A stretch of 58,864 bases of DNA, filler included. It is 24 parts of 24 records of this genome, joined end to end, with 100 filler letters (N's around TTAATTAATTAA, not from the genome) between each part and the next. Parts side by side here need not be neighbours in the genome. Positions count along the whole stretch, not along the records: positions 34,540 to 36,626 come from SRR36015645_529199; positions 36,727 to 39,456 come from SRR36015645_530809; positions 39,557 to 41,721 come from SRR36015645_579566; positions 41,822 to 44,275 come from SRR36015645_580452; positions 44,376 to 46,930 come from SRR36015645_583873; positions 47,031 to 49,301 come from SRR36015645_637332; 18 more parts are not named here. One strand, written 5' to 3'. Positions 34,541-47,032 of the stretch are shown one piece after another. The translations under genes were made by a program, and so were the position numbers. Position 1 is the first letter of the stretch; each line of letters opens with the position of its first letter. The notes below the pieces were generated by a model. That model saw only the letters and a list, made by a program, of their open reading frames with translations. It was not told the DNA's origin and searched no databases.

Positions 34541-36626
34541 GACATCAAACGAGGGCCTGGAAAATGGATTTTAAATGAGTCACTCCTGAAGGATGAAGCA
34601 TATAAAACACAAGTCAGTCGTCTGATTGAGCATTGGAGAACGACCAAACTAGAGAACAAAAGCTGGATGGAATGGTGGGAAAAGCTAAAATACGATGTAA
34701 AAGAATTTTCTATAGGATATAGTGAACAAAAAACCAGAGCTGAGAAATCGAAACTTAGGAAACTTGAGAAGAACTATAAAAGACTCCAACTGAAAGTAAA
34801 TAATAGACATTCCGAGTATGCGGATCTCTTGAACAACACAGAACAAGAAATAAAAAGATTACATGAGAATACGACAGAAGCGTCTAGGGTCAGGTCACGT
34901 ATCCAATGGGAGGAGGAAGGAGAAGCGCCAACAAAATTATTTTTTGGTTTGGAAAAAGAAAGGGCGAGATCAAAACTGATGAGAGGTATAATTGGACGCG
35001 ACAAAAAGCTAAAAACGGACATAAACGACATAATAAAGGAGTGCTCGAGCTTTTATAAAGAACTTTATACCAGCCAAGCGATTGATCGAGATATGGCCAC
35101 CACTATACTAAGCAACATTGATAAAAAGCTATCCGAAGACGAGAAATTATCATGTGAAAAAGAAATAACTATAGGAGAATGCAAAAATGCGCTTCAAAAG
35201 CTTCACAATGGCAAGACACCAGGAGATGATGGAATAGGTGTTGCTTTCTACAAAGCATTCTGGGAAGAAATAAGGGAGCCATACCTTCAACTGCTAAATG
35301 AAATTTACAGATTAGAAGAAATGACGCCATCCATGAGAAATGCCTTGATAATCCTAATCTTCAAAGAGCTGGGAGTGCGTGAAGATTTGCCAAACTGGCG
35401 TCCAATAAGCCTACTCAATGCAGATTACAAGGTACTTGCTAAGATCCTTGCAAATAGACTCAAGAATGTAATGCCATCTATAATAGGCGACGCCCAATCG
35501 TGCGCTGTCACAGGGAAGGTTATTGGAGACAACATATCAATCCTTCGTGATGTCATATCCTATGCCCATAGTGAGAACAAGGAGCTGGCTTTAGTCAGTA
35601 TAGACGAAGAAAAAGCTTTCGATAGGATGGAACACGCATTTCTTCAAATGTGCTTGGACAAGTACAACTTTGGACCTAACTTCAAAAAGTGGATATCTAT
35701 CTTATACACAGGCATTACCAGCAGCCTAATGATCAACGGTTGGCAAAGTGCTCGCTTCAGCTTATCCAGGGGAGCAAGGCAAGGGTGTTCTTTGTCTATG
35801 TTCTTATATATTCTATCAGCCGAGCCTTTCATCAACATGATAATAAAGGACAGGGAAATGTCAGGAATAACTATCGATCAGATGTCTATGAAGATAGTAG
35901 CACACGCTGATGACAAAACAGTGATGATTACAGACACAAACCAAATCAAACGCTTGAAGGAACTATTGCTGATAAACGAAAGAGGAACCGGAGCAAAAAA
36001 CAATGCTGCCAAATTTAAGGGGCTATGGTGTGGAAGCTGGAATGGTAGAAATGAACGAACTGGGGATTTTAAATGGAGCAACACATCACTGACAGCGCTT
36101 GGTATTGAATTCCGGCATGATCAAAGCTATAGACCAACATGGGAAAAACGTATTGACAAGTATACGAAAACACTAAACCTATGGAACAAGAGGAAGTTAA
36201 CACTGTCAGGGAAAATGACGATTATAAACAATCTAGCACTGCCAATACTGCTTTACGTTGCTAGTGTCCTGCCAGTTGACGCCGACCACATAAAAAGAAT
36301 CGAACAAGCAACATGGAAATTCGTTTGGAGCTCCAAGCCTGATCTGATCAAAAGGACAGTAATGCTTAACGAGAAGAAAAGTGGAGGCATTGGAGCAATA
36401 GATATCCTTTCAAAGTTTGAAGCCTTGAAACTACAGTGGCTGAAGAGATATGCAACAACAACAGGCAAATGGAAAAATATTATGAACTTCTGGATACAGA
36501 AAGCTAGTGCGCGATGGTATGTGTTCAATGAGGGAAACACAATCACAGACTTGCCGCTATTTTATCAGCAACTGATCAAAGCATTCAGACAAACAGATGG
36601 AAAATTTGCACGCCCACAATTGGTTC
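34541..36626 (+). mobile_element. L1/Tx1-clade LINE ORF2, RT region; both ends truncated
   Basis: GPGKWILN, KTPGDDG, WRPISLLNADYK, DEEKAFD, GARQGCSLS, HADD, ALGI, GGIG. Confidence 0.92.
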
Positions 36627-36726
36627 NNNNNNNNNNNNNNNNNNNNNNNNNNNNNNNNNNNNNNNNNNNNTTAATTAATTAANNNNNNNNNNNNNNNNNN
36701 NNNNNNNNNNNNNNNNNNNNNNNNNN

Positions 36727-36902
36727 ACAGCACTGGCTATTGTCAGAAGGGGGCGCACGTGCGCGCAACCTGTGTGCCCTCTTCTGACGATAGCCAGTGC
36801 TGTCATCGAGGCCACCAAACATGGAAAATGTAATTTGAAAAGTCCATTATTCATGTTCTAGGTATGACGAGATAGTCTCGTCGTTCGCAGTGAAAGGGTT
36901 AA
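36727..36902. mobile_element. Right end of a piggyBac-type MITE with a long internal palindrome
   Basis: Ends ...CGCAGTGAAAGGG|TTAA (36899-36902). Subterminal palindrome GACGAGA..TCTCGTC. A 32-bp imperfect inverted repeat lies at about 36727-36803. Confidence 0.6.
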
Positions 36903-36993
36903 TACTTGGATGCATTTATCTTACTCGAGATTGGCCTACTGGTAATATCATGCATATTTTTTGTTTCAGACTGAAGTAATCTGATCCGACGGT

Positions 36994-39258
36994 ATGGCAA
37001 CGTCAAGCTTGCGAGGTGCGCCACAGAACTGGCTAATCGGCAAATCAATATCTGAACTGTCGTCCGCGAGACTACCACGTGGACTAGACGTATTACGTCT
37101 CGTGCAATTTCACCATGTAGATGAAGGAAAAACTCTGTCAGAAAGTTATAATTTGACTTGCAAATCGTTAATAGCTGTATGGAATCGAGCCAGAATTCCT
37201 ACTCAGAGAATTGATTCTTGTGTGAGACAACTTAAAAAACTTTACGAAACATACCAGTCACTGAAGAAGCACCGGACTAGGCAAAGAGACAGCGATCGAA
37301 TGAAGGAGGATGTGTTTAGCGCCGATCTGGACGAACTGTTTGATATAGCCACAAAAGATGCTATGAGTACAATTAAACTGGATGAAGATAAGGAATTCCT
37401 AGTAAAGCAGAGAGAAAATGTATTTTCGTGCAGCATGGGTAGGGCAGATATGGTGACGCACGATGCAGAGCGGAGAAAGAGACAGAGAGAAGAGAAAGAA
37501 AAGGCGACCAAAAGTAGATACGAAGAAAGACTGAAATCCACGGAAGCAGTATCGGAAGCACATGATATCTCGTCCACATCTTCAAACGAGTCTCAAAGTG
37601 AAGACGAATATAAACCTTATGCCTCGACATCTAAAGCAGGAAATGAAACTCCCGTTTCTAAGAAACCTAAAAACATTTTCAATACCCCTGAAGTGGTTGG
37701 CGCCTTGGATAGAGTAAATCTGCCAGATCGCGCAGCCGTGTTTGTTGCAGGAGCAGTAGCTCAGGCACTTGGACATGACCTTTCAGATATCACTCTTTCT
37801 CGTAGTTCTGTAAGACGGTCCAGAAGGGAAGGCAGGAAGAAAGCCGCGGAAGTGGAAGAAATAGAGTTTTCAATGGCTGGTCCTCTACTATTACACTGGG
37901 ACGGCAAATTGTTGCCAGATATAGACGGATCTAAAACTACAGTTGATCGTATTGCTATCCTTGCCACAGGAAACGGTCAGGAAAAGCTTCTTGGCATACC
38001 AAAAATAGGCAGCGGAACTGGAGAAGCTCAAGCCGTTGCTTGTACCACTGCAATTCAAAAATGGGACATTGCTGCACAGATTCAAGGACTTGTATTCGAC
38101 ACAACCGCCAGTAATACTGGACTTCACCAAGGAGCTTGTGTCAAGATTGAAGAAATGCTTGGTAAGGAGGTTCTCTGGATTGCCTGCCGCCATCATGTAA
38201 TGGAAGTAGTCTTATCCCATGTCTATAAAGTCATCTTCGGTGAATCTAGTGGACCAGACATCCCTGTATTCAAGAGATTTCAGAAAGCATGGTCTACTAT
38301 CAACACGGGAGCTTACGTTGCAGCAACAGACGACCTATTTAGTGACACGACCATGCGTAGACTTCGGCAGGAGATGCTGGAATACCTACCCAATGCTCTG
38401 AAAGACCAAAAACCTAGAGACGATTATCAAGAATTCATGCGCTTGTCACTGCTCTTCCTAGGTGGAGGAAGTGAAAAAGACAAGAAGTCATTCCGAGCTC
38501 CTGGTCCAACTCACCATGCCCGTTGGATGGCGAAGTCTATCTATGCTCTGAAACTCTATCTTTTCCGAGACCAGTTCAAGTTGACGACACGCGAAACCAA
38601 GAATGTAACGGACCTGGCCCTGTTCTCAAGTCTCGTCTACATCAAATACTGGAATGAAGCGCCGCTTGGATATCGAGCACCCCATAACGATATTGAACTT
38701 TCCTCTGTGCTCAGCACTTACCCTAACAAATCAGTTGGCAACAAAGCGTCGTCTGCATTCTCCAGACATCTATGGTATTTGTCCGAATCTCTTGTAGCTT
38801 TTGCCTTTTTTGACGACAGAGTCACTATAGACACTAAGCAAAAAATGGTTCAGAATTTGCAGCGCCCTCGATTGCCAGATTCTCCTCGACGTTACACACT
38901 TAAAGGCAAAACCACAACGGCAAAACTGAAACCTGAAGATATGGTGACCGAAAAAACCTACATCTTCTTCAGTGCGTTAGACGATGATGGTGAGGCAAAA
39001 GCTAGGTCGTTCATGCAGAAACCTCCGGCAGAGTGGAATGATGATGACAATTTCATTCAGTTACGTAAGAAATGCATGAGAATGAAAGTGGTAAATGACG
39101 TGGCAGAAAGAGGAATAGCACTAATTCAGAAGTATAATGCAAGCCTAACGAAGGATGAGGATCAAAAACAGTACATCTTGCGTTTAGTGGCTGGGCACAG
39201 GAAGCGTATATCACATCCCACCAAGAAAGTATTGTTGGAGAAAATGAAAGGAGAGTGA
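36994..39258 (+). mobile_element. hAT-superfamily (hATm-like) transposase, intact 754-aa ORF
   Basis: LHWDGK (D), FDTTASNTG (D), CRHH (CxxH), HHARWM, RHLWYL and VVNDVAERG (E). Splice acceptor TTTGTTTCAG ends at 36969. Confidence 0.82.
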
Positions 39259-39434
39259 TAGACATGTGACGACAGACACGCTTATGTATGTGACTAAATA
39301 GCTGCGCCTGTTTTTTGTTTTTTGTCAAAGTGGGGCGACCCCTAAATATAGTTTGTTTTCAATCAAATTTGGCATGTGTTATACACTTATATAGTGGACA
39401 AAAACAAGCATTGTGGAGCAGAGAAAATCTTGAA

Positions 39435-39456
39435 GAAAATTTTGTGGACCACCCTA
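39435..39456 (-). repeat. Probable right terminal inverted repeat of the hATm-like element (reads TAGGGTGGTCCACAAAATTTTC inward)
   Basis: The contig ends exactly at ...CCACCCTA, about 200 bp after the stop. TAGGG-type termini fit hATm as I recall it. The left partner is not in this contig. Confidence 0.55.
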
Positions 39457-39556
39457 NNNNNNNNNNNNNNNNNNNNNNNNNNNNNNNNNNNNNNNNNNNN
39501 TTAATTAATTAANNNNNNNNNNNNNNNNNNNNNNNNNNNNNNNNNNNNNNNNNNNN

Positions 39557-41703
39557 TCACTGATCGTTGTGCCATGAAGTGCAGGCGGCCTGTCAAACAA
39601 GACAGATGGTAGATTCGGATTGCGACCTAAGACCAGTTGATAAGGACTGTATCCTGACACCATTTGGAGAGAATTCTTGGCATTTATCGCCCAAACTAAT
39701 GCAGTTTCCAAATCTGTTTCGGGATTATCTTCTAACTGTTTCAAAATGCATTCATCAACTATGGCATGGTTCCTTTCACAGATGCCATTCTGCCAAGGAC
39801 TATGCGCTGCTGTATTCATGACTTCAATGTTCAAATTACCTGCAACATCACGAAAGACATCATTAGCAAATTCACCACCGTTATCACACAAGAATTTACG
39901 AGGCACACCAAAACCACTACCAATCCACAGCATCATGATTTTCTGCACAATAACTTCAGGCAGTTTTCGACGTATGATTGCAGCTAGACTAAATCTAGTC
40001 GCCAAATCAATCATGTGCAAAATGTGCAAACCATATCGCCAAAATTTCAAATCTAGTGCAACAACATCATTAAAGTCGGATGCAAGGGGTAGACAGACAA
40101 CAGACCTAGATGGACTTTTCTTGTATCTCTTACATGCATCACATGAATTTGTAACATCTTCCACAACTTTGTCATAAACACCCATTTGCAAGCCGGCATC
40201 TTGCATCAAAGATTTGAGACGTTTAACAGACGGATGGGCAAATTGTTTGTGTAATTTCAAGACAATTTGTCGAATGTTCTTATCTTGAACATCATTGTTA
40301 TCTTCTAGCACTGCTAAGCAATCTTGCACATGCAGATCATAATCAAAAATGGGTAAACAGTAATGTCCAGAAGAGGTACAACTTAAATCTGTCTCTACTC
40401 CAAAAATAGATGCTTTATCATTTTCCAAATCTAACTTTACCTTTGCCTTTTGCATGGCAGGTTTGCTCAAAAGAAGAGGTATTTCACATTCTATGACATC
40501 TGTTACTATGTCACAAGAGACACCTGCCATTTGGCAGGGCAATTTTACCTTCTTTAGAGATTGGTATGCATCACCACTTCCAAATTTAAATAACGTGTCA
40601 CTGTGTGACTCACTCACTTCTGCTCGCTTTTCATCTGATAAACTATCTACAAAACTGTCAACCCAAAATTTACCTGCTACTGTGGAGCTACACCCACTAT
40701 CTAGAATAGCTGAGTACATGCTCTCATGTAAAAGAGTGCGTTTTTCATTTGTACCACTACCTGTTAACAACACAACCTTATTAACGTTACTGTCATTATT
40801 GTCTGACTTATTCATCATGTTTTCATAAGAGTCTGGACATTCACGGAGGAGGTGACGAATGGATCCACAGCTTCGACACCGCAAAGGATTACCATCAGTC
40901 CCAAGCCGATTGATCCTCTTACTGCTATTCCAAGATGAAGCCGCATTATCGGAACCTGTTGCCGACCTGTTTGGATATCGTTGCCAGTTTCCTCTACCAC
41001 GGAACTGTTGTTGCGCATATCGTCCTCTGCCTCGGTACGGCCAATTACCAGAGCGATTAAAGTTAACTTCTTCTTCTGCCAAACAGACAGGTTCGACTTT
41101 TACGGACTCTAGTTTAATACTAGACAACTCGTTTGCATTTCTCGGTACGCTTTTCGCCTGCGCTCCCAAGAATTTCTTCAATGAATTACTCATCTGACTA
41201 AACAAAGTATCAGGCTTTTCGTAATCGACACCCGTAAGAACAAGCTGGCGATCTTTTGTTTCTAAGTGTGCACCATCAAGCAATTTAAACGCCTGAATTG
41301 CCTGAGGTAGCTTCATATTATGTTTCGCTGTTTTGTTGTAGAGACGTTCAAATTCTGCAATGTATTGGTCAATGGACGCTCCATTCTCACGCTTATATCT
41401 GTCGAAAGTCGTATAAACTTCGTACGCTTCTGCCAATGAATCTTGTTTGTAGATTTTGTCCATATACGCTATGACTAAATCAACACCACCATCCACATTT
41501 AAGGTGGCCACGCTAAGCTCGCTGAACACTTTGTCTCGAATGCCGTTGGCATCATTTTCGGGCAGTGATAACGCTAACGCAAGACCCTGTTTCTTCTTAT
41601 CCAAATCAGTAACGACTTGCCACGCTTTCACTTCTTCAATCCACCGTGAGTACGGCTTACTGTCACTGAACGCTGGTGGGGCTTTGTAGCTTGAACTACT
41701 CAT
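39557..41703 (-). mobile_element. Ty1/Copia (GalEa-like) gag - protease - integrase, 3'-truncated
   Basis: Gag PPAF..W..E..W, knuckle CRSCGSIRHLLREC, protease ILDSGCS, IN HKQFAH..CDAC, LDL, CDNGGEF, ICERNH. Confidence 0.92.
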
Positions 41704-41704
41704 G

Positions 41705-41721
41705 CTGCTACCATGAAAAGG
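41705..41721 (-). promoter_or_regulatory. 5' LTR end (...TTTTCA) and primer-binding site TGGTAGCAG (tRNA-iMet)
   Basis: Minus strand reads CCTTTTCA|TGGTAGCAG C ATG. TGGTAGCAG is complementary to the 3' end (..CUGCUACCA) of animal initiator tRNA-Met. Confidence 0.85.
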
Positions 41722-41821
41722 NNNNNNNNNNNNNNNNNNNNNNNNNNNNNNNNNNNNNNNNNNNNTTAATTAATTAANNNNNNNNNNNNNNNNNNNNNNN
41801 NNNNNNNNNNNNNNNNNNNNN

Positions 41822-44181
41822 CCTTTTACTTTCATCAGCTGGCAAGGATGTACTCGGTAAAATGCTCCCCCATGTCTTACTAGAACAAATTGCCCATCTT
41901 GCCCTAGAACAGTAGCAGGTCCTTTCCAGCCTTTAAAGTTCTTTCTGCGGTAAAAAACTTTATCTCCACTTTCATAGCGTTCATCTGAGTATGTTCTGAC
42001 TTTATGACGCAACGCTCTTGATATACGATCACTTGATTCGGCCTGAATATAACTTTCTCGCGCCTTATGTAAAGCCTCCATGTTCTTACGTATGATATCA
42101 CTTGAAGTGGTTGACTCCAGTGCTGGCAAATCATCCGTCAAGACAGACGGTGTATTAACGTTATGTCCAAATACTAACTGATTCGGACTAAACCCTCCGT
42201 GATTTTGCAAAGAATTCTTTGCACTAACAGCCCACGCTAGGGCAGTACTTGGATCGCATTTCACATCAAGCAAAGTTTTCTTCATCGTTTCAGCAATAAT
42301 CATGTTATGCCTCTCTACAATGCCATTGCTGAATGGTGATTCAGCTGCTGTTGTTGCCACTTCAATGTTTAGCTTTTCGCACATTTCTCGAAATGTTTCA
42401 TTGGAAAATTCACCGCCATTATCACTTAGAAACTTCTGTGGGCTTCCAAAATAACCCAGCCATATCTGATATATCTTACGAACAATTTCATCCTGATTTT
42501 TAGAAGTAACAAGACATGCAGCCGAGTATCTCGTTGCAGCATCGATCAAGTGAAATATCCACTCTTCATTATGAATGTGTTCCTTGAGATCCATGCAAAC
42601 GACTTGGTTGAAATTGTCCGCTAGAGGAACGCATACGATTGGACGCAAAGGTTGACGTTTAAATTTCTTACACACATCACAATTGTCACAACACTGTTCG
42701 AGTACCTTAAGAAAGTCGTCATCATTAAAATTCTTACTTTGTCTTACTAACTTACATAATTTCTCTTTCGACGCATGAGAAAATTGCCTGTGAAGCTTTA
42801 CAGCCTTCTTCACTTTATCTTCATGAGATAAATTCTGAACATGTGTCGCGTGCAGTATAAAATTCTCCCCATGTATGTCTTCATTGAGCAGAAATCTTGT
42901 TAGTGGCAGACAGTAATGTCCTGATGATGTACACTTTAGTTTCACGTCCTTGCCAAATACACGAACGGTGTCTGCTGAAAAATTAATCACCATACAGGCC
43001 TTCTTCATAGAAGCTTTGCTCAACAGTAGAGGAATGTCATTCGCGACAACATTTGCTTCCACCATGATATTTGTGCCTCCAATGGAAGCCGGGAATTTTA
43101 CGAGTTTTGTAGAGTGCACCTCCACTCCATCACCAAAGCGAAACATGGTGTCCGACGCCACAGTGTTGACTTTATCTTTATCCTTTTCATCCAGTGTCTC
43201 GAGAAACATTTGCAACCAAGTTTCCCCAGTCACTGATTTTGTACAACCGCTGTCTAAAATAGCCATGCCTAGAGTTTCTTTCACTAAGGTAGGAATATGT
43301 TCGTTACACTTCGAGTTGAACAAAGTAATGTGAACTTCATCTGTTTTGCCAGACGAACCTTGTTTATCATTATCTCGATGCGGACATTCTCGTGACAAAT
43401 GCTTCTTCGAGTCACAGTTGAAGCAACGCAAAACATTTCCGCTTCTATCAACAGGATTTAAAGATGATGATGACGGTTTCCTACTGTAGTTAGTGTAGTA
43501 TTTACCTCTTGGTGCACCACGAAATCCTCTACCCCGATTTTGACCACGCCAACTTCTTTGAAAGCCCGTAGCTTGCAGTGTTTCTTCTGCATGAAACGCT
43601 GTCTCATGTTCACTTTTAACTGATGGAGCAGCGCCGTTTTCCCCAGCTGATGGGTCACTGAAGATTTTCCGTATCTTCTCCTTCATGTTATCATACGTTA
43701 ACGTACCAACCGTTGCCCTTGCTAGCTTCTCATTTTCTTCGGATATATTAACCGCATTTAAAAGAAAGAATGCTTGCACACCATCTGGTAACTTCATGTC
43801 AAATTGTGACAGTTTGTGATATAAATATTCAAATCTTACAAAGAAATCAGTTATGCTCACTCCAGATGGCCTTTTGTACTCGTAGAACGCTTTGAAAGCA
43901 CAATACGCACGCGTATTTTCATCTTTCTTATAGAGTTTGTCGAGCTTATCAAAAATTTTCGTTATTCCTTCATCAGATCCAAGTTCTTCTGGAGTTATTT
44001 CTCGAACACACTCTCTTGCCCGTCCAGTGAGAGTCAAGTATAATGCAGGTCCCTGCTTTTTCTTCACTAAGTCCGTATATAACTGCCATATCTTTACATC
44101 ATTACACCACTCGACATAATTGTCTTCGTCTTCAAACACCGGCGGCGTCTTCATCTGCTGAGCCGTCATATTAACAGACAT
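41822..44181 (-). mobile_element. Ty1/Copia (GalEa-like) gag - protease - integrase; continues in contig 11982-14093
   Basis: CFNCDSKKHLSREC, ILDSGCT, HRQFSH..CDVC, MDL, SDNGGEF, IVERHN, WKGPATV. Confidence 0.93.
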
Positions 44182-44260
44182 ACGTTACTAGTGCCTCTGT
44201 TTGCTGACAGAACTTAATCCAAACTCCAATGAACTAGTCGCACCACGTTGTCCTGTTGTT

Positions 44261-44275
44261 TGCTACCATGTTGAC
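44261..44275 (-). promoter_or_regulatory. 5' LTR end (GTCAACA) and primer-binding site TGGTAGCA (tRNA-iMet)
   Basis: Minus strand reads GTCAACA|TGGTAGCA, 79 nt upstream of the gag ATG. Confidence 0.82.
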
Positions 44276-44375
44276 NNNNNNNNNNNNNNNNNNNNNNNNN
44301 NNNNNNNNNNNNNNNNNNNTTAATTAATTAANNNNNNNNNNNNNNNNNNNNNNNNNNNNNNNNNNNNNNNNNNNN

Positions 44376-44704
44376 TTCGTAACAACGGCGACGCTGGAAT
44401 GCGAGAAGACGGGGTGCATCTGAACAGGAAGGGTGTGGCTATGCTGGTACATAGCATAAAAACTACAGTGAATCCTATCTTAGGAATGAAACCCTATGAA
44501 CAGTATACCGAGAAGCTTGAACAGTACCAAGAAAAATCATATGAACAATATCCAAAGTGGCCTCAAACTACAGGCCGACCAGATACCAATTCACTTGTAT
44601 ATCAAAGAAATGTAAGGGACAATTACAACCGAAATAGTGATATCAAGCAATCCGTGCTCAGTACATTGCAAACTCTGTCAGCTCAGCTGAACTCTATACT
44701 ATAA
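44376..44704 (+). CDS. C-terminus of a LINE ORF1 with SGNH esterase domain
   Basis: REDGVHLNRKG matches SGNH block V (DxxH). Lies upstream of an APE-type ORF2 on the same strand. Confidence 0.7.
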
Positions 44705-44964
44705 CAATGAAACTATACCTACAGAAACTTATTTTTGTACATGCCAGGAAATTAAATTTACTAGGCCTACATATGAATTACTTTTTACTATTTTACAAAA
44801 TTTATATTGCACATAATGAATCTTAATTTAGTAGAGTAGTGAATCTACATAGTCCAGAAACCTAGTAGCAGATAAGCTTTTCCATATTTGTATCGCATCT
44901 TATTCTTATAATTTGTGTACAGCATACAGTACATTTATGATATTTTGATGTTGGTTATGGCACT

Positions 44965-45315
44965 GTGTAATTTGATATTAGCCTGATGATATTTGTGTTA
45001 ACAATTTGCTTTCGGCCTGATGATTTTTTTTTGTGAGTTGCTGATTTGCTGTTAGGCTGAGAATATTTGTGTTGATAGTTTGCCAAATGTCCGATTAAAT
45101 TTGTGTTGATAATTTGCTCTCAGACTTATGATTTGTGAGTTGCTGCATGATTGGCAGTTACGCTGAAAAATTCTGTGTTGATAGTTGGTTGAAAGCCCGA
45201 TTCCACTTGTGTTCATAATTTGCTTTCAGCCTGATGATTGGTGGATAGTTTGCTGAAAGCCCGATAATAATTTGGTTTCAGCCTGTTGATTCTTGTGTTA
45301 ACAGATTGCTGTTAG
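44965..45315. repeat. Degenerate tandem repeat (about 33-bp units, e.g. GCCTGATGATATTTGTGTTGATAATTTGCT) within the LINE inter-ORF region
   Basis: Recurrent TTGTGTT(G/A/C)A, ATTTGCT, GCCTGATGAT and GAAAGCCCGAT. Period estimated by eye. Confidence 0.7.
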
Positions 45316-45630
45316 TGCGTTTACCGGTATATTGCTGTTACATATAGTGTTGTTAGTGACGCTCTGGTATAAAGAAAGGCGTTTAATTGACATTTGGTCA
45401 TTGTAGTATTGCTTTTATTATATAGTCTGTTCATCAATATAGCCCTATATTGTAACGTGTAATTTACCCCCATAGTTTGTTACAGTTTTGTACAACTTAC
45501 TTTTGAATTTTTATATCGTATATATTTGCATTTTGTCTCGGTTTGTAATTGCTGTATATAGCTTTTTTTTCTGCAGCACACTGTATTCTTGTATTAGGCT
45601 TGTCTACTCGAAATTGAATAGTCTTAGTTA

Positions 45631-46930
45631 ATGAAAACTATTTTAAAATGTACCACGTGGAATGTGGATGGTTTAACAAACAAACTCGCTGATGACGACT
45701 TTCTCTCAAGAATCAAAGCTTTTGATATTGTCGGCCTAATTGAAACTTGGACATCACCCGAGGCACAACTTATTTTACCTGGGTATGCAGCAATTCATAA
45801 ATTTCGTAAAAGTAAACCAAATGCACGACGCAAATCTGGCGGCATTGTTTGTTTCTTCAAAGAAGAATACAAAAAGGGTGTCACGCATATCCCCAGTAAA
45901 AGTAATAATTTAATGTGGCTTTGTCTATCAAAAACCTTCTTCGGCTTTGATGAAAATATTTATTTATGCATCACATATATACCCCCCGCAGGTTCAAAGT
46001 ATCTTGAAGACACGTTTGAAATACTAGATAGTGAAATAAGCAAATTCTTCAGCAGAGGCCACATCGTACTAACAGGTGATACAAATTCTCGTACTGGTGA
46101 TCGTCATGATTTCATTGCCTCATCCAAAAATGACATCCACATTCCCAGTTTTAACTTCAACTTTCAGAGTAACCAAAGCGGCTCAACAAATATTTGTCAA
46201 AGAAATAACATGGACACTACTATAAATACTCATGGCAGAAAGCTCATAGACATTTGTATTAGCCAACAATTGCAAATTTTAAATGGCAGAACCCTAGGTG
46301 ATAGGCTAGGCACTTATACTTATTATTCACATAACGGAATGAGCCAAATAGATCACTGCTTAGCTACTACGGAGCTGATTCCCAAATTCTATTTTTTCCG
46401 TGTGCATGAGTTAAATATTTTATCACACCATTGCCAAATATCGTTTGGAGTTCAGTGCAAAATCAAAATGCAGCATAATCAAGAGCCTACGGTGACTACA
46501 AATCCACCCCCAAACAGGTTTGTTTGGGATCAAGAAGCTTCCGAAAAATTTGTTAATTATCTTCGAGGTGCTAAAATAGTAGACAAACTAGAAGAAATAG
46601 AAAGTACATGCAATAATCCAGAGCAAATAATAAATAATCACGTAGAAGCATTTTCAAATTTTCTTACGTCGGCGGCTAACACCTGCCTCAAATTAAAAAA
46701 GTTCACACCTTGTAACAAAAAGAAGCGCAAAACTTCACCCAAAAAACCTTGGTACACAAATGATTGTGATTCGGCTAAAAGAGAACTAAACCTATATGCA
46801 AAGCTACTGTCTCGGCATCCCTATGACAGATCGCTTAGTGTAGAATATCATTACAAGCTCAGGGCTTATAGGAAACTAATTAAGAAAACAAAACATGCCT
46901 ACAAACTAGAACTTATTCATAAACTAAACA
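45631..46930 (+). CDS. LINE ORF2 N-terminus (APE endonuclease and linker), 3'-truncated
   Basis: TWNVDGL, LIETW, KSGGI, YIPP, GDTNSRTG, ILNGR, IDH, SHH (for SDH), KPWY. Confidence 0.9.
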
Positions 46931-47032
46931 NNNNNNNNNNNNNNNNNNNNNNNNNNNNNNNNNNNNNNNNNNNNTTAATTAATTAANNNNNNNNNNNNNN
47001 NNNNNNNNNNNNNNNNNNNNNNNNNNNNNNGG

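Noticed and set aside
25964-36626. The two L1/Tx1 ORF2 contigs as halves of one element
   Set aside because: They cover the same linker/RT region with divergent sequences.
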